Shown: positions 58,760 through 64,000 of the stretch, one piece after another
How positions within the stretch are numbered: the stretch's first letter is position 1
How the letters are laid out: the number at the start of each line of letters is the position of its first letter
NCBI GenBank assembly: GCA_963667205.1
Contig: OY762959.1
Location: 2,032,829-2,096,828 of the forward strand
Origin: Dehalococcoidia bacterium
GTDB lineage: Bacteria; Chloroflexota; Dehalococcoidia; SM23-28-2; RBG-16-64-32
Length of the DNA stretch: 64,000 bases
Direction: 5' to 3'
The notes under the pieces: model-generated
Seen by the model: the letters and a program-made list of their open reading frames with translations, nothing else
Database searches by the model: none
What the model was told of the DNA's origin: nothing
Position numbers and translations under genes: made by a program

Positions 58760-59488
58760 CTAGAAGCGGAACGTCTTGAGGTCTTCGGCGACGAGGGTGT
58801 TGGCCAAACCGTTGACGTTGGGCTGGCCGTTGAGGTGCGTGAGGATGATCGCCGTCTCCGGCGCGAGGCGCTCGCGGATCTTCTTCACTTCGTCGAGGCC
58901 CATGTGCTCGGGGCCGCAGCCTTCGGCGTACGTGCAGTCCACGACGTAGACGTCGGCGCCTTCGCCGAGCTTGACGGCCTCCTCGCAGAACATCGTGTCG
59001 CCAGTGTAGGCGACCGTCATGTCGCCGATTCGGACGCGGTAACCGAAGGCCCCCGGGCTGCTTTCGCGCACGTGGTTCATCGGGTAGGACTCGAACGTCA
59101 GGTTGCCCGCCCGCTGCTCGCGCCCGGGATCGGCGTCGACGTAAGTGCGTTTGTATTCGGAGCCCTTGAGGATGTTGGGATAGACGCGCTCGGCGAAGTC
59201 CTCCAGCCACTCCTCGCTGCCCGGCGGCCCGACGATCGTCAAGTCCTCAGTGCGCGGGGACATGTAGACGTATTCGAGCATGAGGAAGGGGAGGCCGACG
59301 AAGTGGTCGCCGTGCCGGTGAGTGATGAAGATGACATCGATGTCAGGCAGCGAGATGCCGAGCTGCTTGAGGTGGGGAAGGAGAGTTGGTGGCGCGTCGA
59401 AGAGATACTTGCCGTCGACGATGAAGGAACTCCAGTAGCGGCCCCCGGCGGCGAAGGCGTTGGCGGAACCGAGGAACGTTAGCTCCAC
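58760..59488 (-). CDS. MBL-fold metallo-hydrolase
   Basis: Has the ITHRHGDH (HxHxDH) motif, and downstream His/Asp metal ligands (YTGDT; ILTHLNG). Confidence 0.8.
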   Translation of the reverse strand: MELTFLGSANAFAAGGRYWSSFIVDGKYLFDAPPTLLPHLKQLGISLPDIDVIFITHRHGDHFVGLPFLMLEYVYMSPRTEDLTIVGPPGSEEWLEDFAERVYPNILKGSEYKRTYVDADPGREQRAGNLTFESYPMNHVRESSPGAFGYRVRIGDMTVAYTGDTMFCEEAVKLGEGADVYVVDCTYAEGCGPEHMGLDEVKKIRERLAPETAIILTHLNGQPNVNGLANTLVAEDLKTFRF

Positions 59489-59677
59489 GCCCGCTACCCT
59501 GCGACCTTGAGGTGGATGGTGGAGCCCGGACGCTGGGCCTGCGTGTACGGTTCAGTCATATGTCTCCCCTTGGGGCGTTATTCTATTGCAGCACAGCGCC
59601 ATCCGCATAGTGCACCCCTTGTGACGAGTGTCACACGACGGTGAGCGGACAGCCGACGGTGGGGAGGCGCATGGAGA

Positions 59678-59706
59678 AGGGGCCGATGCCGGCCCCTGTT
59701 TGATCT
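59678..59706 (+). terminator. Intrinsic terminator-like hairpin (aggggccg-atgc-cggcccct + gtttgatct); plus-strand orientation, also close behind the minus-strand thiolase stop
   Basis: An 8-bp perfect GC stem with a 4-nt loop is followed by a T-rich tract on the plus strand. On the minus strand the same stem is followed by a weaker tctcc. Confidence 0.5.
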
Positions 59707-59723
59707 CGCGTGGTGCGCCCGGT

Positions 59724-60863
59724 CTAGCGCTTGAGGACGTTGATCGTGCAGGCGGAGCCGAGACCGATCACGTGGGCCAGGCCCGTCTTCGCGCCCTTCA
59801 CCTGGCGCTCGCCGGCTTCCTCGCGGAGGTGCCAGACGATCTCGGTGATGTTGGCGACGCCGGTCGCGCCGAGTGGGTGGCCTTTGGAGAGCAGGCCGCC
59901 GCTGACGTTGACCGGGGTCTTGCCGCCGTTGTACGTCTCGCCGTCGTCGATCAGCTTGCCCGCTTCGCCCTCGCCGCAGAGGAAGAGGTTCTCGTAGTGG
60001 AGAAGCTCGGCAGTGGCGAAACAGTCGTGGAGCTCGACCATGTCGAGGTCGTCGGGGCCGATGCCGGCTGTCTCGTAGGCTTCCCTGGATGCGTTCCTGG
60101 TGAGCGTGTTGATGTCGAACATCGTTGGGTTGCGCTCCTGGTAGGGGTCCGAGGTGAGGACGCTGGCGGCAACCCAGACAGGCTTCGTGGTGTACTGCTT
60201 GGCCTTTTCCGCCGACATGATCACCGCTGCGGAGGCGCCGTCGCCGGTGGGGCAGCACATGTAAAGGGTGTTGGGCCAGGCGATGACGCGCGCGTTGAGG
60301 ACGTCCTCCAGCGGTGTCTCCACCTGGTACTGCGCCAGCGGGTTGAGGAGCGAGTGCTTGTGGTTCTTGACCGCGATCTTGGCGATCTGCTCCTGCGTGG
60401 TGCCGTACTTTCGCATGTGTTCGGCGCCGGCCTGGCCGAAGACGCCCGGCATCAGGCCTGTGCCCATGACGCCCTCGGTGCTGTAGGCGCGGTCACCGCC
60501 GCCGCCGGCACCCAGGAGTCCCATCTTGCCCATCTGCTCGCTGCCGATCGCCATCGCCGTCTCGTAGGCGCCGGAGGCGACCGCGTAGTAGGCTTCGCGG
60601 AAGGCTGTGGAGCCGGTGGCGCAGGCGTTGGCGACGTTGATGACGGGGACGCCGGTGGCGCCGATCTCCTTCATTACGCGCTGGCCGACCATGGCGTTCG
60701 ACTGGTAGAGGTTGCCGCTGACGACGAGCTCGATGTCCTTGATCGAGCAGCCGGCGTCCTTGAGGGCGTTGATGGACGATTCCGCCGCGAGCTGGACGAC
60801 GTTCTTGTCCGGGTAGCGCCCGAACTTGAGCATGTTAACGCCGACGACTGCTACGTCACGCAT
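59724..60863 (-). CDS. Thiolase-family protein (archaeal-type/SCP-x-like acetyl-CoA C-acyltransferase)
   Basis: Shows VNVANACATGSTA (active Cys), the C-terminal GHPLGATG, and SGGLLSKGH. 379 aa. Confidence 0.8.
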   Translation of the reverse strand: MRDVAVVGVNMLKFGRYPDKNVVQLAAESSINALKDAGCSIKDIELVVSGNLYQSNAMVGQRVMKEIGATGVPVINVANACATGSTAFREAYYAVASGAYETAMAIGSEQMGKMGLLGAGGGGDRAYSTEGVMGTGLMPGVFGQAGAEHMRKYGTTQEQIAKIAVKNHKHSLLNPLAQYQVETPLEDVLNARVIAWPNTLYMCCPTGDGASAAVIMSAEKAKQYTTKPVWVAASVLTSDPYQERNPTMFDINTLTRNASREAYETAGIGPDDLDMVELHDCFATAELLHYENLFLCGEGEAGKLIDDGETYNGGKTPVNVSGGLLSKGHPLGATGVANITEIVWHLREEAGERQVKGAKTGLAHVIGLGSACTINVLKR

Positions 60864-60899
60864 CGTGATTTCCTTTCTTCGGTCCGCCGTCGGCGGCCG

Positions 60900-61340
60900 T
60901 TACTCCTGGACCTTGAACTTGGCGGCGACCACGTCGTTGCCTTCGCGGTCCTGAGCCGTGACTTCGGTGAACATCTTGACGCGCTTGCCGAACCAGCTGG
61001 CGTCGGGCTTCTCCGGGTCGAGGCCGTAGACGTTGGCGCGAACAGAAACGCCGTCATCGAGGTCGATGATGGCGCCGACGTACGGGGCTTCGAGGCCGGG
61101 GACTGTCTGGTGGACGACGCTGAAGACGTAGATCTCGCCCTCGTCGCCGAACTTGATCTCGCTGAGCTTGTCCGTCTCGCCGCACTTGCCGCAGGCGATG
61201 CGTGTGCCCAGGAACTTGGCGCTGCAGGCACCGCACTGCATTCCCCAGAGATAGGCGGCCTCATCCGGGTACTTCTCGGGGATGCGCAGGAACGGAATAA
61301 TGGGGTTGGTCGTCTTCTCGGTGGCGGTTTCTTGAGCCAA
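60900..61340 (-). CDS. DUF35 Zn-ribbon/OB-fold protein (thiolase partner)
   Basis: Has the Zn-ribbon CGACSAKF...CGKCGE followed by an OB fold (GEIYVFSVVH). The TTG start has a perfect GAAGGAGGT SD 6 nt upstream. It sits immediately downstream of the thiolase. Confidence 0.7.
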   Translation of the reverse strand: MAQETATEKTTNPIIPFLRIPEKYPDEAAYLWGMQCGACSAKFLGTRIACGKCGETDKLSEIKFGDEGEIYVFSVVHQTVPGLEAPYVGAIIDLDDGVSVRANVYGLDPEKPDASWFGKRVKMFTEVTAQDREGNDVVAAKFKVQE

Positions 61341-61393
61341 GGGCGGACCTCCTTCAAATGCGTTTCGTATGTTTGCAGACCTTGACGTGAGCG

Positions 61394-61975
61394 TCAAGGG
61401 TCGTCGCGGGTTATCGCTCGCTCGTACTCCTCGGGAGTGTTGAGGTCGAGAAGGACGTCGGCCGTCTCGAACGGGACTTCGCGCACTTCGGTGGCGTGGC
61501 GGTCGATGACGGCGCGCAGACCCTGGGTCGCCTCGTCGACTGCCCGGAGCTCGGGAAGGAGCGCGCCATCGAGGACCACAGGATGGCCGCGCCGCCCGCC
61601 CTGCGTCGGGACTGTGATGCCGGACGTGTGCTCGGCCAGCAGCCGGCGGGTGACGGTTGCCGGCCGCGGCTGGTCGACGGAGAGGACGACGATCGTCTCT
61701 GCGTCCGTCACGGCGGCTGCCCCGGCGCGCAGGGATGAGGCGCGGCCCTCGTCGTAGCTCTCGTTGACGACGCAGCTAGCGCCGGCCGCGTCGGCGAGGG
61801 GTCGGACGTCTTCAGCGCGGTGGCCGAGGACGGCGATGACGTCGTCGACGCCGGCGTCTCGGAGCTGGGCGATCTGGTGCTCGATCAGCGTTGCGCCCTG
61901 CCACCGGAGGAGCGGCTTCGGGGCGCCCATGCGCCGGGACTCGCCGGCAGCGAGGAGGATGGCGGCGACGGTCAC
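61394..61975 (-). CDS. MobA-like NTP transferase (molybdenum cofactor cytidylyltransferase MocA-like)
   Basis: Begins AAILLAAGESRRMGAPKPLL. The GTG start at 61973-61975 overlaps the upstream stop (GTGA). Confidence 0.7.
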   Translation of the reverse strand: MTVAAILLAAGESRRMGAPKPLLRWQGATLIEHQIAQLRDAGVDDVIAVLGHRAEDVRPLADAAGASCVVNESYDEGRASSLRAGAAAVTDAETIVVLSVDQPRPATVTRRLLAEHTSGITVPTQGGRRGHPVVLDGALLPELRAVDEATQGLRAVIDRHATEVREVPFETADVLLDLNTPEEYERAITRDDP

Positions 61976-62823
61976 GCGTCCGCGGAGAAGAGGTCGCTGA
62001 GCTTCATCGCCAGGCCCATGTTGCCGCCGAGCTTGACCTTCTGGGTTGTGATCGCCCAGGCGGCGTTGAGGTCGCCGGTGGTGAGGTCGATCCAGAGCTG
62101 CGGCTTCGTCTTGATCTCGATGTCGTGGCTCTCCAGGGCGCCGGTCTGGGCGTCGGCCCTGCCACCGCCGATCTGGATCGCCCACTGGCCGCCGCCGTCG
62201 CCCTCCATCGTGAACTGGTAGTTGGCCTGCACGTCCGCGCCCTTTTCGCTGTTAAAGATGAGCGGCATGTAGTGGAAGATGCGGCCCATGTGGTAGTTCA
62301 CCTGATCCGGCGTGCTGCCTTCGATCCAGTGCGGCATTTTCTTCTTGGCGACGTGGCGGATGTCCTGGTACTGGCCCGGCAGGAAGAGGTAGCTGGCGAA
62401 GAAGAGGTCGCGGACGGTGCCGGGGCGGTCCCAGGCCGGGCTGTTCGCCGGCTTGTCGAGATCGGCCTCGCCCAGCGTATCCAGGATCGCGATGTGCTCC
62501 TCGTAGCCGGTTCGCAGCCGCTGGAGCAGATCCGGAACGGGAACGTCGCGCAGCTCCTCCATCGTGCTCTGACGGAAGCCGGTCAGGTCGGAACGCTGCG
62601 CGAACCCGGGGATGTTCGGCGCCTCGCCGGCGACCGCCTGGCGGGTCAGCGGCATCGTCTCTTTCTCCAGGGTGGCGACGAGGCTGGCGATGTGCTCTCC
62701 GGCGGTCCAGGGGTCGGACGCTTTCTTCTTCAGGTCCTTCTCTTCGAGGAGTGAGAAGGCTTCGAGGCAGCGCTCGAGGGCGGCTGTGTAGTATTCGCGG
62801 ATCTGGTCTTTCGTTGGCGTCAT
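61972..62823 (-). CDS. DinB-like (mycothiol-dependent maleylpyruvate isomerase N-terminal-like) domain fused to a C-terminal SCP2 sterol-carrier domain
   Basis: An N-terminal four-helix DinB-like region is followed by the SCP2 motif LWIDLTTGDLNAAWAITTQKVKLGGNMGLAMKL. The ATG start at 62821-62823 has a GGAGGAGG SD 7 nt upstream. Confidence 0.65.
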   Translation of the reverse strand: MTPTKDQIREYYTAALERCLEAFSLLEEKDLKKKASDPWTAGEHIASLVATLEKETMPLTRQAVAGEAPNIPGFAQRSDLTGFRQSTMEELRDVPVPDLLQRLRTGYEEHIAILDTLGEADLDKPANSPAWDRPGTVRDLFFASYLFLPGQYQDIRHVAKKKMPHWIEGSTPDQVNYHMGRIFHYMPLIFNSEKGADVQANYQFTMEGDGGGQWAIQIGGGRADAQTGALESHDIEIKTKPQLWIDLTTGDLNAAWAITTQKVKLGGNMGLAMKLSDLFSADA

Positions 62824-62875
62824 CGGGTGGTCCTCCTCCAGTTCGTTAGCGGCGGGGCGGCCGGAGTCGTTTGCG

Positions 62876-64000
62876 CTATAGCGTACCAAGCGCTTTGAGC
62901 ACGCGTTCCGGCGTCAGCGGTGCCTCTTCCACGCGCACACCGATGGCGGTGTCGATCGCGTTGCCGATGGCGGCGGCGCCGGCGACGATCGACGGCTCAC
63001 CGACGATGCGCGCGCCAAACGGCCCTTCTTCCGACGGCACCTCGACGACGATCGTCTCGATGGGCGGCAGGTCGCGAGTCGTGGGCAGGCGGTAGTCGAG
63101 CAGGTTGGGGTTGAGCAGGCGGCCGTCGTCGTCGTACTGCATCTCTTCCCAGAGGGCGATGCCGATGCCCTGGCTGGCGCCGCCCTGCATCTGCCCCTCG
63201 ACGGACAGCGGATTGATGGCGAAGCCGGCGTCCTGGGAGATGGCGTAGCCGTGCAGCGTGACGTCGCCGGTGTCGGGGTCGACTTCGACGTCCGCCACCT
63301 GGGCGGTGAAGCCCGGCGCCGTCTTGCGCGCCGTGATGCTGCCGCGGCCGACGATGACGGGGAAAGGGGCGCCGAAGTTGGTGCTCAGCTTGCCGAAGCG
63401 CTGGAACGTCATCGCGCGGTCGGGCGCGCCCTTGACCTGCACCTGGCAATTGGCGACCTCCATGTCCTCAGGTTCGACCTCAAGGCGCTTCTTCGCCAGC
63501 TCGAACATCTGCTGCCGCACGTCTTCGGCGGCTTCCTTGACGGCGCGGCCGACGGTGTAGACCGTCTTGCTGCCGGCGCTCATGCCGGCGTAGGGCGCCG
63601 TCTTCGTGTCGCCCGTCTCGACGTTGACCATGTGGAGCGGCACCTTGAGAACCTCGGCGACGATCTGCTGGAAAGAAGTGTTGGTGCCGGTGATGTCCGC
63701 TGAGCCGACGGTGACGTTGAGGGTACCGTCGGCGTTGAGGCAGACGATGGCGCTGGCCGGCTGCAGGCCGCCGAGCCAGCCGCCGACGGCAAGCCCGAGG
63801 CCGCGGTTAGGCAGCGCCTCGACTTCGCGCCGGCGTGCCCAGACGTCGCTCTCAGCGATCGCTTCGAGGCACTCGCGCAGGCCGATGGCGGGGTACGTCT
63901 GGCCGTTGGGCATCAAGTCGCCCTCGGCGACGGCGTTCTTGAGGCGCACCTCCAGCGGGTCGAGTCCCAGCTCCTTGGCCATGATGTCCACGTGCGATTC
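62876..64000 (-). CDS. Xanthine dehydrogenase / CoxL-family molybdopterin-binding subunit, C-terminal part (5' end outside the window)
   Basis: Has the C-terminal Mo-hydroxylase large-subunit region (GGASQGIGIALWEE; PFGARIVGEPSIVAGAAAIGNAI). The frame is open to the window edge. Confidence 0.8.
   Translation of the reverse strand, partial: ESHVDIMAKELGLDPLEVRLKNAVAEGDLMPNGQTYPAIGLRECLEAIAESDVWARRREVEALPNRGLGLAVGGWLGGLQPASAIVCLNADGTLNVTVGSADITGTNTSFQQIVAEVLKVPLHMVNVETGDTKTAPYAGMSAGSKTVYTVGRAVKEAAEDVRQQMFELAKKRLEVEPEDMEVANCQVQVKGAPDRAMTFQRFGKLSTNFGAPFPVIVGRGSITARKTAPGFTAQVADVEVDPDTGDVTLHGYAISQDAGFAINPLSVEGQMQGGASQGIGIALWEEMQYDDDGRLLNPNLLDYRLPTTRDLPPIETIVVEVPSEEGPFGARIVGEPSIVAGAAAIGNAIDTAIGVRVEEAPLTPERVLKALGTL

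Overview
This is a 64 kb window of very GC-rich DNA (roughly 65-70 % by eye). Codon usage and gene content look like a high-GC Gram-positive-type or Chloroflexi/Thermomicrobia-like lineage, with a SufBCDSU operon, a two-CxxC thermophile-type protein disulfide oxidoreductase and a short IF2. The window is gene dense and has roughly 60 supported CDS. I found no rRNA, tRNA, CRISPR array, transposase or integrase.

The recognisable housekeeping genes are:
- a ClpB/ClpC 3' fragment
- folC-fabF-galE
- cinA, coaE, dut and queA
- truB-rbfA-infB-ylxR-nusA in the conserved order, but without rimP
- proS, mscL, gpsA and iscS
- sufB-sufC-sufD-sufS-sufU

Accessory content:
- An orphan CbbQ/NorQ-type MoxR ATPase paired with an unusually large (1098 aa) NorD/CbbO-type VWA protein.
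- A complete phosphatidylinositol / phosphatidylinositol-mannoside operon. It runs acyltransferase, PHP phosphoesterase, PimA-like GT4, PIP synthase, two-CxxC PDO, dut. A divergent ino1 sits beside it whose product carries an N-terminal Cro/YdaS-like HTH, and a 28-bp perfect AT-rich palindrome lies 5 bp upstream of its start codon.
- Three secreted proteins (two metzincin-type proteases and one PD40-like fragment) that share a Pro/Thr linker followed by a pair of cysteine-containing dockerin-like repeats.
- A J-domain/TM/tandem-FKBP fusion chaperone.
- An APH-like kinase fused to a P-loop kinase.
- A solitary NuoB homologue.
- A lone PD-(D/E)XK-like gene of lower GC.
- An archaeal-type thiolase with its DUF35 partner.
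- A Mo-hydroxylase cluster (coxL-like, DinB/SCP2 fusion, mocA-like).

Several genes carry apparent lesions. A GAF sensor histidine kinase has an in-frame TAG plus a 1-nt frameshift next to an intact response regulator. A lipoprotein gene has an in-frame TGA followed by 63 protein-like codons. A further small locus switches frame after a TGA.

All calls rest on reading the six-frame translations and the raw sequence. No database searches were possible.
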